Shown here: one piece after another, positions 49,924-64,000 of the stretch
How positions within the stretch are numbered: position 1 is the first letter of the stretch
Layout of the letters: each line of letters starts with the position of its first letter
DNA from: Harriotta raleighana
Taxonomy: Eukaryota
Reading direction: 5' to 3'
DNA length: 64,000 bases
Assembly (NCBI GenBank): GCA_050575255.1
Contig: JBNZDD010013599.1
Span: 1,739,053 to 1,803,052 of the forward strand
Notes under the pieces: generated by a model
Told to the model about the DNA's origin: nothing
Databases searched by the model: none
What the model saw: only the letters and a program-made list of their open reading frames with translations
Program-made: the position numbers and the translations under genes

Positions 49924-52900
49924 CATGAAGTGGTGTATCTATCTATATTTGCTCACCTCTTCCTCTCAGACCTGTTACATGTTTAAAGAATTGCAAGACA
50001 GATTTGTATTAACATCAGTATCGGATCCCTTATCCCAGAAAACATAGACCAACTGAATGCATTTAATTACATTTAGGAAGACGCAGGCTTTGTGTGCAGA
50101 AACGAATTAGACGACATGTACGCACAGTGAGGAAAACAGAGTTCTTAATATCAATATATAGCTCATTAAGTACGCTCAAAAGCAGACAAATTCAATCGGG
50201 GCGGTCATTGGTCATGAAGATCCAATTAAAACTCAAGGTCAAAAATATTCCCAACCTCAGAGGGTCCATTGGGGGAGATATTTGCATTTGTAATGAAGAA
50301 GCCTACAGTTGAAATGAAATTACCAAATAGAAAATCTGATTCCTTCTTCATTAGAGGAAGGCAGCATTGTGGAAACAAATATACCGATATGTGCAGCCTG
50401 CCATATGCTGTTGGGTCCAGTAGTTTTTCAATAAGTGAGAGATTAGCCTGGGGCTAATAGATATGACATCAAATAATCAAATAATGAATAACTCAGCGGA
50501 TGTTAGCACAGGAATTCATTAAACCGCAAATCCGAAACAACCTATTTCTCACAACAAAATACTTTGACTGTGTTATTTCCTCACCCACCGCTGTCAGCTG
50601 TAGACTCAAAGAGACTTCAGATTCCAATAGTCATGCTCATCAAGCTTTGCAAGAACAGGTTTCAATAATACTGAAGGTTGAAATGTTATTAATACTTTTA
50701 GCTTGAAATCATCTCTAACCAGAGGCATATGAAACCACAAGGCTTTATTATAATATTGAGAACCGAAAAAAAGCAATAAGCAATTAAAAAACACTGCACT
50801 AATGCATTAATGTATTGGCTGAATACAGTTTAACGAGCCATTCTGTTCGTGTAGTATTTTACGCCCTCAGGTGTCAGCAAAGAGTGATATGCTTTAATAT
50901 TTACCTTTTGATAATCTGGTGATACTTTAAATGGTTTTCATACGCGCAGAACAGGTGAAAATAATGGATTCTTTGTCACAAAGAGCTGTTGCCAGTAGCT
51001 GGGCAGCTGGGAACAATACTATTAGCAATGCAAATGCCTCTTGAAACCACTTTGCTGTTTGAATTTTTAATCCGATGCGAGCTTCTCATTAAGATCCTAA
51101 GCAGAAGGATGTCAGCCGAGGAATGTGGTCGTTTATGGTTGAAAAATTGTGAATTGAACCCAATTATTCCTTGCGTGTGGTTCATTTTGGGAAATATAAA
51201 ACAATATCCAATGTAAATATCAAAGGCTCCGCACACATGTGAACTTGCTTGACTCAAGGACAAAATTTCAATGTACAGTTTCTCATTCTAGAATTATTAT
51301 TCCACTCGTCCAGACGTTACAAAAAGTGGAATGTGGTTTACTGCAACTTGTTTTGTTAGTGGACAATGCAATTTGTGGAAACTCATGCTGGCTCCTTTTA
51401 TATTATATTTGTGTAAGGAATACCAGATGAAATAACAAGCTTGGAACTTTTAATATTCCACCTTGTTTCCCATGCGAACTGGTTTATAAAGTTAGCTCAG
51501 TATTCATTTCCCCTTTGGAGGACATGATTCAAGCATAAAAATTGGTTATATATTTACCAAGATCTAACTAACATGGAGTGAAACTTTATTTTCCCCCCTC
51601 TTCTGGGTAATGAATCATGTCGGATGATCGTTCCACACAATAATGGCTCTCTGGTAGCTTAATTCCCCTATTCGTCGAACCTCAACGGATTATTCAACAC
51701 CCTATGTGTGTATGTGTGTGTGTGTGTGTGTGTGTTTCGGGATAAGGTAAGGTTCAAAGTCTACCTGACTCACTCTCACACTGGATGTCTGGCACTTTGG
51801 CGATCATTAAACCATTAGCGGGAATGGGAACCCAGGGATACTCAAACTGAGCCACTTGTAAGTTCCCCTGTTACTGTCCTCCAGACCCCCAGCCCACACC
51901 AGGGATTAAAACCTGACACTTTCCCGGCTCTGTCTGTCTGCGTCAATTTGATGCTGAAGAACGGTTCCACCGACGAAACCCTTCGAGGAGCAATGTGGCA
52001 TTTTTGAGTTTGATCGTTTCAACGTACAGTCATTTGCTCTGCTAGTCGCGTTGCTTAGTGATAAGACGTTTAAGGAAAGAAAAGAGGTTTGTCTGATTGC
52101 AATGCCCAGCGACTCCGTGCATTTACCAGGAGAGGCATTTCACCCCCTCACTTCTCACTCCATTTCCTGTTGCACTGAAATCCACTCAGATTGCAAAGTG
52201 CACCTAATATGTACTGTCACCGAGCTTGTTTAATGTGGCAATGTTCCTACATTGAATGGAGCGGGGAAATAAATAAGAAAGGCCATTCATTATCTCTGTA
52301 GATACATTGTTAACTGTACCTTTAAGGCATGATCTTATTGCCTGAGGTAATAATTTCTTGATTTGCCTGTTGTATTGTTGAGTCGGTGTTGTAGCATTGT
52401 ACGCACGGAAAGCCCAGTCATAAAGTCGTTCCAATACATGTTCAAACGCATGCACAGAGTGAGATTTACTGACACCCTATTTTGCTGATGTTTTTCCTGC
52501 TGATTGAAGAGAATGGTTGCAACAGCCATCGCTTTTCAATCAGAAGAAAATTGAATGGTAATACAGGACGTTGCCCGAGGTTTTCGAAAGCGATTCGGCG
52601 TCTGTAGTTTCATTACAGGCATCACAAAGGAAAACGGACTCCAAATTGCAAACACTGAGCCTCGCTCAGGACTGGTCATTGAATGTTCAAGCGATATGTT
52701 ACAAACGCAATCATTTTCAATGGGATTCTGAATCCCAAATGGGACTTCCTTCTGATCACTGGAGTACGTCAGTCCAAATCCTCATTCCCCCCTGAACTCC
52801 ATCCTTCACGTAGGTCATATGGTTGATACTGTACACAGTTTGGGACATTGCGTGCGACTGCCAGGATGGTGGAAGGCGAACTAGACGGGCCTTGATCTAG

Positions 52901-53284
52901 CAATTCTTATGTTCTGACGTTTTGGGGGTGGATCTAGGACAGCATGTACAGAACTCTTATCTATGTGCGGGACAGGATAGGGTAGTCTTTGCAATACCAT
53001 GTGGAAGGAGCAGGCNGGATGAATCCTTGATAGGGTAGTCTATGCGATACCATGTGGAAGGAGCAGGCTTGATGGGGCAAAAAGGCTTTTTATTCANAGG
53101 ATAGGGTAGTCTTTGCAATACCATGTGGAAGGAGCAGGCTTGATGGGGCAAAAAGGCTTTTTATTCATTCCACACTCGTTTCTACTACTGCTGTTCAGAA
53201 TGAACTGAAAAACCTTTTAGCACCGAATCCTCAATCATGGATTTTATGAGTTTAAAATGTGCAGCTCATCTAATAGGTTGTGCT

Positions 53285-53634
53285 CTCACTCGTATCATTA
53301 ACTTATCATTGTCTCAAAGTACTGTACCCTCAGACTGGAAAATTGTAAAAACCTACCTTTAGCACAAGTCTAGCAGCACATTTGATGTTAATAACTACAC
53401 CTCATCTCCATCTATAATTTCAAAAGCGATTGCAAGAATTGTCCATCATCAGCTATGTTCTTACCCTTTGGAAAACTCATTTATTAATGGTCATCATTCT
53501 TGTTTCTGACCATTACCTTCCATCACAACTGCTCTCAAACTCACTGGAGAAATCTACTCAGCCACACTTAAGTTATTTTTAACTACTGCAGTGTTTCCAG
53601 ATTTGAAGCAAAGCTTTTAACATTGTAAACCATG
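53285..53634 (+). mobile_element. Decayed non-LTR retrotransposon reverse-transcriptase fragment (L2/CR1/Crack group)
   Basis: Translates, with stops and frameshifts, as LTRIINLSLSQSTVPSDWKIVK..*HKSSSTFDVNNY / SKAIARIVHHQLCSY..ENSFINGHHSCF*PLPSITTAL / AVFPDL.KAFNIVNH. This matches the LINE RT pattern P..WK...NYRPIS...QSGFR...DLSKAFD.V.H. Confidence 0.85.
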
Positions 53635-54619
53635 CTTGCTCTTCATCATAAACTTTACAATTATGTCCCGAGTAGTAAAACAGCGAACTGATTTTCTTCA
53701 GAGCTTTAGAATTGGTATCAAAACTTTTACTTTGGAAGTGGATAGATTTGACCTGCACTCTATATCTGTCAGTGTACGTCACGATTCTAACCTAGGTCAA
53801 ACTCATTTGTGTGACAGACACAGTTACAATGAACTTGAGTGAAGCAAATCTCTCCTTATACAGTAGTTTCATTGGCTAGGAAAAGACTATTTTCCTTATC
53901 GTGTTGCTGAATGGAATAATATTCTGGCATTACTACCTGTAGTAAAAATCCCAAATGCTCGACTTCCACTTCCAATTAAAGAACGTTGGTGCCTCCAGTC
54001 ATCAAACGTAAAGTACTCTCTCCTCACCTTGCAAATGATTGAATCTCTTAATTACATTTCAAAAGCATTAATTATAGTTTAGTTGCAGAAAAGATTTAGG
54101 ATCAATCCTAGTTATTTTTCTAAAGCCAGCATCACAAATCTGGCAAGATCGGATAGCTTTGAAACTCCCTTTGTATCAGACTGAAGGCGGCAGCAATTTT
54201 AAGTTGTCTGTATTCAACGGATCTGAATAGCCTTGACAGTTTCTCCTTTATCCATTTCATCAAAATGTCAGTCAATAAAACTCCTAAAATACAAGGCGAC
54301 CAAAAAGTCGTGAAGCTACCCTATTATCTAAAAATATATGTAATTTCTTTCAGATGTATTAGACAGTGCCTTGGAGTACTGTTTTACAATCTCCTGGATG
54401 TCATTGCATACACTGAATACCACTCACTCAGATCATTGTGCACTTTATGGAGCTATAGAGATATGGAGTAGAGAATTACAGGAGGGATTACCAGCAGGTC
54501 TTTCAGTTTCAGTTTCTCTGGTGTCAATACTTTTTGGAAAAAAAACACTTCCAACTCACACATTGTAATGTAGAAGTAAACATGAGTAATCAAGTAATTT
54601 ATTAACAGTAGTAATCCTT

Positions 54620-54870
54620 AATCCTTCGCTCTACCAGGTCTGGCCTCCTCTTTGTCCCCCGAATCCTCTGCTCCACCGTTGGTGGCCATGCCATCAAACA
54701 CTACACCACGAGGCTCTGGCACTCCCTTCCTCACTCCCTTCGCCTCGCTCCCTCCTTTCCTATTTTCAGGTCGCGGAAAGACCTTGCTTTTCGACCGTGC
54801 TTTGGGTCGCCTTTTTCCCTCTCCCCCTGGCTGGGCCCCGGGATCCGTTAAGCATTTTTGCTTGCAATTT
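54620..54870 (+). mobile_element. L2 LINE ORF2 C-terminal / 3' fragment
   Basis: Reads LRSTRSGLLFVP / STVGGHAIKHYTTRLWHSLPHSLRLAPSFPIFRSR / KTLLFDRALG, typical of the L2 ending G.RAF....P.LWNSLP..LR......FK..LKT.LF. Confidence 0.75.
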
Positions 54871-57800
54871 CCTCATATTCCGTCTTCCATATTTCTTAAT
54901 GTTAACTGCCTCACACTAACACTAACCAATGAACCAAACGGAAATATCCAATGCTCTTCACAGCCAAAGCGGGTTCCAGGACTGCAAACATTTATCTGCT
55001 CGAGTTATGCTCTCGGCCCAAGTTAATCTCTGATCCATTTTGAAGAGTCTCTCTCAATCGAAGGATAAGTGATCTCAACTATGCCACTGATGCCTCCAGA
55101 TGTGATAACTCACCCACAACGGAGGGATGAATTAAAGTGCTAAACTGGGTGAGGGCTTATTTACTCATAAAGTGGATGTTCTCACAACAGAAGTCTTGAT
55201 CTAATAGAGTAATGTGACCAGTAGCCAAATATTTTAGAATGGAAAAGCAATGCTCATTGTTCTGTGTTGTGTTTCAGTACTTGTGGTGAGTAGTTTGTTT
55301 TGAGCTTCCTACTTAAATTTCGTCAAGAATAGAAGAACGTTGAAAGACACATACCTTTCGCTTCTGTCTGGGTTACGCACGGATTTACCTCACAAGGCAA
55401 GAAGTTAACAAATTCAATTGCTTACTGCAGATTTAAGTCCAAAGTTTTGTGAGCACAGTGGAGGCTATCCAAGAAGGTAATTTGATAATGTTCCATACTT
55501 AGTCAACATTTTCGAGACTAAAATGTAGTGGGTGAGTTTGGTAATGTGATAAATGAATACGTTTCATATCTTGGTCATATCCATCCCAGCTCACAATTTT
55601 GAACAGCGTTCGATACCTTCACATATACAAGTCCATTCTGAACCTGATTGCCAGTTAAGTTGAGATTTCTCTACAAGAATTTTAAATAAAGACATGTACC
55701 CAGATGGAATTTCCGAATCTTAACGACAGACAAGCCAGACACAGATTTAGACAAAGCAAACAAATTGATCTCTGTGCTAACTTGCGGGTGGTTGGGGGGG
55801 GGGGGGGGGGGGGGGGGTTTGGANGGGGGGGGGGGGGGGGGGAGAGGTTTTGAATTACAGTCATGGAAATTACAGTCGTGTGTGTTGCTATAAGGTTGAC
55901 AATGCCACTTTGGCTTCGCAGCTCTCAGATCTTTTATAAATTTTCAACGTAAAAATTTCTCTGCCATCAGAAAATATACAGCACTTGGGATAAGTGTTTC
56001 AGTCAATTCCTGGTACCCTGTTAAAACAGATGGTCTCTAGTTTCCCCATCATAAAACATCGCTCTTCAACCACGCTTTCAGTTACCTTTTCCGAACCCCT
56101 TTTCAGCTCCCCGCAGTTCAGGCAGTTTCAGCCAGTTGTGCGAAGGCCCCCCTGACATCGCCTCCTGCTATTATAAATGCAAATTGTTGTTGCGAATGAA
56201 CAGTAAATACAGTTAATGATCTCAAACTGCAAGCCAAAGCAAGGCATTGGTAGCTATAAAGAAGCCTGTCAAACATCATGAATGGGTTCTCGCTATATTC
56301 TAAAATCGTGTGTTTTTTTCACGATTAAACTAAAGCGAGATTGCAGCATTTTTAGTTTCAAATGCTTACTATTTTACCCAGCAGTCAATATTATATCAGT
56401 GCAATCAATTATTCATGAAATATTTGATTGACTGTTGCAGAGCTTTTTAAAATGCATCAATTTAGCACAATAAAATATATTGACTTCGAAATATATTCGA
56501 GAACACGAGACCGTATATGAATTGCCCCTCTAGATTTTTGAAGCTTATTAATCAAGCCAGCAGTATTTTACAATTAATCTGGTTTATAAATTTTAGATGG
56601 CAAGTGTTACATTTATTGCACAAAAGTATTACGTTCAAAATACTTGGAAATTTGAAATAAATTACAGTATATTTTCCAAGTCAGCATTCGACAGTGCTCA
56701 ACGCATGTTAGCACGCATTCACAAGGCAATACATTTAGCAGCTCTAGCAATTTTGATTCATTGTTTACAAGGCATCGAAAATTTCAGTGTTCAAGTTCCT
56801 CGCATATAATCAGATAAATCTTCTACAATTCTACATGAGCTGAAGTAATGGTTCAACTCTTACTGTTGGGCAACAGTCCACACTGATAGCTAGAGCTTGA
56901 ATGTCATATCCAATTTACTGCAGTCATTTTCGCTCAATAAGCTTGTCATAAGTATTTTACCAAACTTCACTGAAAGTATGTTTAGTGGTGTATACACTGA
57001 TGTTTTTTTTTTACAATCTACTCATTTCCCTCAAGGAAAAGCACTCAGCTTAAAATAGCTCAATAAATATATATTGGTACATCAAAATTACTGGTACTTA
57101 AGGGTTAAGCGTGTTTTGTGGTAGCTTAAAATTTCGAGAATGCTCAAAGCAAATACAGTAGCATTGTCTCATCGTAAAGTGTCATTTCAAGTCCGCACAA
57201 TTTGCATTCAATCCACAGAAAACTTCTCAGCAACTGATGAATCTTAATATCGCCACACGCAGTAAAAACCAGCTTATTGAGTGCGACGAACGATTGCTGT
57301 GGAAAGGTCAATAGCAGCCATTTTATTCACAAGTTCACAGTGTTGCTTGCTTTCTGTCAGCTCGATAACCATTAACATGTCAAGCAATGGTAAAATCTTT
57401 CGATGTCCTCCCCCACCACCACTCAATCAGTCGCAGACTCATTCTCGAGTACAGTCCATGGACGTGGCTGGCTTCATTTCCAAGCAGTTATTGCTGCTTT
57501 TTCATGTGCCAGCATAGATAGTGAGTGTTGACAGGCGATTGGCTTGTGTAAGGATCTGTAGTTGAACCCCATCCTGTCACCACAGGAATTCAACACACAC
57601 CTTCTAGCAAATGTCATTGGATAGAGAATACGAGGGTAAAAACAGCCTAATTTCACCCCTCCTTAATCCAGAGACGTTGAGGCCGATCGCAATTTCCACG
57701 ACACCCCCGGCCAGGAAATCTGAGTTTCTATAACTTAGTTCCACACTGGTCTGTGCAGTTACCACTGGAGTCATCAGGGACTTGTATAAAACCTTTTAAT

Positions 57801-60050
57801 CTTGACATTTACAGCACCTAAACGCATTGTTAGCAAGTGGCGGACAATGCCACCTAGGAATAAAAAAAAATGTCATTAATGACCTCGCTCGTTAAATAGA
57901 AAATATTCACTTACAAATTGAAATTTGTGTAAATTAAATGATTAAAAAAAGTACAACCAGCGAAGAGGTCTGTGCAATAAATGTAATTCTATTTGGGGTC
58001 TGGAGTCTCCCTTTAAGAGAGATGGACAGAACGCTATTTATTTTGCTGTGGGGAAGCAGTAAACCTACAATATGTAGTTGTTGGATTCATTTTTTGAGGA
58101 GAGAAGACATTATTGAAGGTCAGGAAGATTTATAGTATGCAATACTTGATGACCATTAGAAACAGCAGAAGTGACTGTGGTTGAAAGCCGAACGTACAGT
58201 AATGTGAATCAAATCTCGAGTCTGGTCATGCGATCAAAGCATCTTTGAAAAACTCTCCTTGTATTTAATTAGATTGCTCGACTTTTCTTTCTTACACTCG
58301 TACTCCAAAGCTGTTCTGCTCATTTGCTTGTTAAGCTTGAGTCGTCAACATGCCTGGCATCTCTCAGGCAGACAAACAGAAGGTATCTGGCCTCTACTTA
58401 AAAGGAAAACAAATCTTAGAGGCCATTGATTGATTGTTCAGTGGCAGAATATGATGTACAAAAAGCGGGGAGGAGTGGGGAGGGGGGGGTGAGGGGAGAG
58501 AAGTCATGAAAGCTAAAGCCATCTACCACAAACCATAACAGACACCAGCCATGGCCACTAGCTTTGCTTTCTTTTAGTCGGAGTCACACAGAAGTTGCTT
58601 GTGTATTTTTGTTTGCTGTCCACAAGGAGAAGTTCACGAGTCTAGAATGATTTGCAGTTCGCCTAACCGCACAGATCTTAAATGAAGGAGATGTAACGAG
58701 AGTAAATAAACGCCTCTTGAGAGAGAGAGAGAAAAAAAGAACGGAAATAGTTCTGATGCTGACATCTACCTGGATTGGGCCAGTAAATAATAAGGACGGA
58801 TGTGCATCAGTGTAAAGGTTATATGCATAATTCAAAACTGAATAGTTTTCATAGCTGCACACAATGATTGACTGGCGACATACTTCAGCAGCTGCTGATG
58901 TGCGATGTCTGCATTTATAAGTAGGGTAAAATTATTATCCTTCATGCAAAAACATTCACCTCATTTCTAATTAATCTGGTGTTGCGAAATGCTTTGAGAC
59001 AACCTTTAGTAAATGTAAGTTGCTGTCGTACTACTGTTGTTGTGTTAAAACGTCTGTCTGTGCTTTCTTGTGATTACTTTTCATGTCAAGTCAATATGTA
59101 GAGGTGAAAAACGCATGCTTCATATCAGACTCAATGTGATAATTACACCAAATCTGTTATGGAATATCCCATTTTTCTCCATTATAGCTCTAAGTGTGTG
59201 ACACAACCCCATGATATGCATAACAGGTGAGAGTTCTCTACTTAGTGCTCAAAATAGAGTTCTACTATATAATTAGATATTGGGTCTGCAATATCTAACA
59301 TGCATTAAACTTTAAACACACTCCGCATATGTATTACATTATAAAACGTAAATTGTGTGCTGGATAACCTTGGAGGATGAGGAGTCAGTCAGTCTGTGGG
59401 TTTTAGAACAGCAATCTTGTCGATTATGCGAGAACCCAGGCGATGTGATGTCGCTCAAAAAATGCTGCCGAGTGAACAGAAATCTACAAGTATCGCACAC
59501 AATTTTGTTCAAATGTTTTGATGTGATCCAATAAATATGAGCTGCCCTCGGCTGACTTGTGGGCTGTGAAGTAATGAGATGTATGTACTTTCATACACTA
59601 TGAAAGAAAATCCACTTTGGCTGCTCTTGTATACAAGTCTACTAACACCCAAAGATGAAAGGTGTGCTGACAACTTTACTGTCCACATGATAGAAGGGAA
59701 TAAAACAGTGGAGAAATACTTTGTTTAAAAGGACCTGTGGTGGGAGGAAAACAGAAGTCACAGGCTATAATTTGTCCATAGAGCAAAAGAAAATTTCACT
59801 ATCTGTTCTGAGCTTTGCTGCATCTATTACGTAAGTGTTTAAGCACATCACAGCCACGAGAAGAAACTTTAGGAAAGAAGCTTTGTTCCTGTCTCTTTGG
59901 TTCTCTCAACGTCCCCTACAGAACTGTGAAAATAATAGGTGGATTTCTGAAATATTCCAACACAGCAAAATTTACTTAAATCAACATTACCGCATTTGAG
60001 CAGCAATGTATCCGACCAACCAACCAAAGGAAGAGACAGAACATGCAACT

Positions 60051-60171
60051 TAATAATAATATAATAATAATCCTTGCATTTGATATAGCTCCTTTCACAT
60101 CTTATCAACGTCCCAAAGCGCTTCACAGAATATACTGTAATGTGAATCGACCGTATATTTGTGGGCGGAAC
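60051..60171 (-). mobile_element. SINE 3' half
   Basis: (TAA)n tccttgcatttgatatagc...cccaaagcgcttcacagaatatactgtaatgtgaatcgaccgtatatttgtgggcg. Confidence 0.82.
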
Positions 60172-60899
60172 TTAACTCACTTATTCCATAGATATACAAA
60201 AGGAGCTTGAAAAGAGAGCAGAATAGGTATAAGTCAGCATTTTTTAAACAGTATGGGACACCTGTGCTTTCCACTGAAAGATTTTCGTGCCCAGATTACA
60301 ATGTGTACAGATCTTGAGGGAAAGCATCTTTGTTCTTGGATGCGCTGCTGATGAGGGACTTGACAGTATTATTTGCGGGAATCGGACGCAAATCCCACGG
60401 GACCTGATCCAATTATTTCTGCAATTAGAAGAAGTGGGATGTTTAGTTTTGTGTCCACAAGCCAAGAAGTCGCTCCTCTCAGCTGCACTAAAAATACATA
60501 AAGATGGGATTTGAATTGAAAATTTTATGACAAAAGCCAGCGTATGAAATTACCTCCCTACATTAAGCCAAAGCATTTCATTAGTCATTAACCATCAAAG
60601 AAGTATTAACTTGTTTACTCACCCTAACTCCCCCAACCTCATCCCCGAACAGTAAAAAAAATTTAGCTTGAGGGGATTGCCACTGATTAATACGAAATCA
60701 GTTGAATTGTGAATATCCTTAGACCTTGAACAAATAATGAATTGCGGCCCAGAAACACTGCGAATGTTCTGGAAGTCAGAAATTGAAAGGCAAAATACAT
60801 AGCAAGTCGATGAGCATTTGAAAGACAAAGATCAGCAAAAGCTTTGAGTGGGGCCCTTTCTTCTAGTCAATACAATACGATGCAGTCGAGACTCGGCGA

Positions 60900-61190
60900 C
60901 TTAAAGGATGTGAATGGTTCTTCCCTAAAAAAGGACTGGTGCTTAAAATGAGAAAAAGGTGAATTTGTGAATGTTTCAACTAATGCCGTGGGATTTTGAA
61001 TGTCCACCTGAACAGGCAGACCTGAATCCTCAGATTAACTTCTGACTGGAATGATGACATGTCCAGCAATGCAATGCTATACCAGCTCTGTATTGGAGTG
61101 TTCCTCTAGGATACATGAATTCAAATGCCCGCAGTGTGGCTTGAACTCACAACCATCTGACTTAAAAGGTGAGAGTGCTACCGACTGATC
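60900..61190 (-). mobile_element. Older tRNA-derived SINE with a Deu-domain-like core
   Basis: The minus strand reads a tRNA-like head tcagtcggtagcactctcacc...gagttcaagcc, then gtctgcctgttcaggtggacattcaaaatcccacggcatt, which resembles my recollection of the DeuSINE core. Confidence 0.6.
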
Positions 61191-62389
61191 CAGATCGACA
61201 AAAAAACACGATTCATTTCACTGCTAAATATGTTTAATTGAATCGGATTCTTTGTTCACAAAACTGCCCAGAATAGGGTAGAACTGTAAAATCCACTTTA
61301 ATTAAATCACAACGATGTGAAATGCGATTTTCTGGGGGGGGGGTTTGATAAATTTAACAATTATGCAACACATTGGGCTTGGGATCNGCTGGGGGGGGGG
61401 GGGTTTGATAAATTTAACAATTATGAAACACATTGGGCTTGGCATCTGTTATTTTGAAAAGGAACAGGAGTAATGCCGACTAACACATTTTCTAATTNGA
61501 TTTTCTGGGGGGGGGGTTTGATAAATTTAACAATTATGCAACACATTGGGCTTGGGATCTGTTATTTTGAAAAGGAACAGGAGTAATGCCGACTAACACA
61601 TTTTCTAATTTAAAAAAAAGTTTTTTTTTAATAATGAAACTGGGATGAAATTGAAATCAGTGAGGAGGTTTTCTGTAATGTCGCACGTGAGAAACACAAG
61701 GGCTAGCCATTGATGGGGCACCTGTAATAATGAGTAGTTAACATGTCTGAAACATNAAAAAAAAAAAGATTTTTTTTTATAATGAAACTGGGATGAAATT
61801 GAAATCAGTGAGGAGGTTTTCTGTAACGTCGCACGTGAGAAACACAAGGGCTGGCCATTGATGGGGCACCTGTAATAATGAGTAGTTAACATGTCTGAAA
61901 CATTGAACAAGATAAATGAGAGCTGCATAAGACGCACACGGATACAGCTGTGAAGCATGGAATCAAACGGTGAGTGAGGGGGAAATTCACCAAAAACCTG
62001 TTTTTCCGCACATTCCTTGGGACATGTTAACAATGCGACACCTTATTATGATTGATGGGGGAAACGGGCTCCCCCTAGAATGAAAAGAAGTTGCCAAGAG
62101 CAGAAATACACGTCACACAGTGCTAATCGGAGTAGGGGGGGGGTGGGGGTGGGGGGGTGGGGTGGGGACGACACCATCGTGGAGTACACGTTTTGTATTT
62201 ATGCACATTTTCGGGCCCAGAGGATGAACTGACATGCAACTGGAACGTTACTGACCTATACTGGCTTGTTCCGATACTATTTGGATCGAATTATCTGGGA
62301 ATGGTAAAACAAACGGGTCAGACATGATTGGCTACATGCGTTAGGCCCAAATCTGAACACACAAATGAAGGTGTCACTCTCTCCTCGTG

Positions 62390-62540
62390 GTTGTTTGTGA
62401 GACATTGCTGTTGTGTGCGAATTAGCTGCCGGGTTTCATCTACAAAATACAGTCAGTGCAGTTTAGCAGTGTGAAGCACTTTGAGTCGTCTTCCCGACCT
62501 GAAAGTCACTGTACCATATGTAAACATCATATTATTATTT
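62390..62540 (+). mobile_element. Diverged SINE 3' half
   Basis: tttgtgagacattgctg...gcgaattagctgccgggtttc...gtgaagcactttgag. Confidence 0.65.
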
Positions 62541-64000
62541 TCTCCGCTAGCAGTAGCAAAGTGGGGAATTAGATCTGTGTCAAAAAGCCAGCAGATGATC
62601 ATATTGATTTGCTGTATCCAGCGGCAGATAAACCTGAATTGTTTCCATTCTTAGTTGCAACAGCAATTCTCTTGATGGGAATATGGTGGGCGTTTGGGAA
62701 AGAGAATAATTAATAGTTTTCTCAGCATGTTTCTACTTTTTACAGTCTCTTCAGCGAGGATAAACTTAAATATTGATTCCTTATGACGGGGAGGGGGGGT
62801 GGTGGGGGGAAGGTGGGAGTGGGTGGGTGGGGGGGGTTAATTAAGTTGAATAATGCCAGTTGCAGCAGTAATTGCCTCTACTTCAATGTCCGAAACACGA
62901 AGAGTGAGAGTTATGAGAAACTAGTGTGACGTGCACCTTAATTAGAACTGGTTAATAATTGCCCGGAGACACGATTATCTCATGTGGACATTGTTGGATC
63001 AATACCCAGGTTTCACATTCCCGAGCCTTACTTTTGGTAATTATAAGGTGCAAATTCCTTGCAATCCGTGGGGATTTCCACGATAAATCCAGGCCCCAAG
63101 AAGTCAATATCAATTGTGAGCAGGATTTCAGGCATTTTCAGTCGCATATTTTGAAGCATTTGCTTTTTAGATACTGTATGCTAAGCCCTGTGATTGTTTC
63201 ATCCTCCATTAATCCCACAATGTGTTGCACAAACACATGCCATGCAGCTACGAGGTGGATGATTGCTTCCACATGGGGCTGCTTCTTATTACTTCCAGCC
63301 GAGCTGATACTCTCCAGCACACACTGCGTTTAACCCGTCCTTTAACTCGAGTCTTTTCATCCATTATAGATTTGTTGCACTGAGAGATTCGCACTTACGC
63401 CTTGCGAAATTCGCTGCCATTTGTCAAGATTTTGAATTGCGCAGGAAAATTGACGCACAAAAGGAACGAATAAACACCAAACCCAGCGATCACAAACTCA
63501 AGAGTTATGTTTTTCTGAAATGTCGCAGGTTTGATAAACCCAAAAATATAAAATGTTGGTCAGCTCAAACAATTTTCTGTCTGATCATTTATATTTTATG
63601 GTATTGATATGATATTGTCTCCGGCTTGAGTTTCTTATACCTCACCCAGTTGGATGTAACTTAACTGTTATAAATAATAGATTAAAATAGATTGAACTAA
63701 GACCTTGTCTACTCTGATTTTACGATCGTGGTGGAGCCTAGCACGGATTGACTGTTGGTTACTCAGATCCATAAGGTTTACGGTTGGTACTATAATTTAA
63801 CAAGACACAATCATGACTTAAACACACGATTAACAACCCAACTCAACCCCTCAACATCAAGAATATGAGAAATCGTTTTTCCCCTCAAATGTTGTTCAAA
63901 CTAACATTTCTAGCATGACATTAAAGTTTTGTGTGTCAAGGGGCACTTTGTAAAGCATCTACTGTGGGATGAAACGTTGTTTTTGGTCAGCTGGGTGTCT

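Noticed and set aside
51954-51990. Second possible hammerhead (CTGAAGA...GAAAC)
   Set aside because: Stem II does not close next to the cores, and there is no stem III/UH site or stem I.
52975-53167. Three ~40-70 bp direct repeats resembling a CRISPR array or minisatellite
   Set aside because: The units are separated by N53016 and N53097, there are no unique regular spacers, and the context is eukaryotic. This is an assembly overlap pattern.
61325-61902. Cluster of tandem duplications
   Set aside because: Each junction coincides with an N (61387, 61498, 61756), and the copies differ mainly in homopolymer length.
33500-64000. A second protein-coding gene downstream of KIF26A
   Set aside because: I found no chain of exons or recognisable protein other than LINE fossils. 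Isolated small exons of a large gene cannot be excluded by eye.

Overview
Vertebrate genomic DNA, probably from a cartilaginous fish such as a chimaera or shark. The taxon is inferred from the repeat types and is not proven. The first ~33.5 kb holds the middle and 3' end of a + strand kinesin-11 gene whose diagnostic residues match KIF26A. I could chain 11 GT-AG coding exons in frame from 3313 to the stop at 32085 (about 1747 aa; the 5' exons lie upstream of the window). There is also a candidate 21/24-nt micro-exon with a NAGNAG acceptor at 29590-29613 and a ~1.4-kb 3' UTR. The rest is gene-poor and contains many copies of a tRNA-derived SINE, decayed L2/CR1-type LINE fragments, decayed palindromes and microsatellites. 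A KIF26A intron carries Penelope-like terminal fragments, one with a minimal hammerhead-ribozyme core. Many single-N positions are flanked by near-identical direct repeats, including an apparent 1.1-kb exon duplication; these are most likely assembly artefacts. I see no prokaryote-type system and no second intact gene. Nearly all short ORFs in the supplied track are noise. Family assignments come from recalled sequence knowledge, not database searches.
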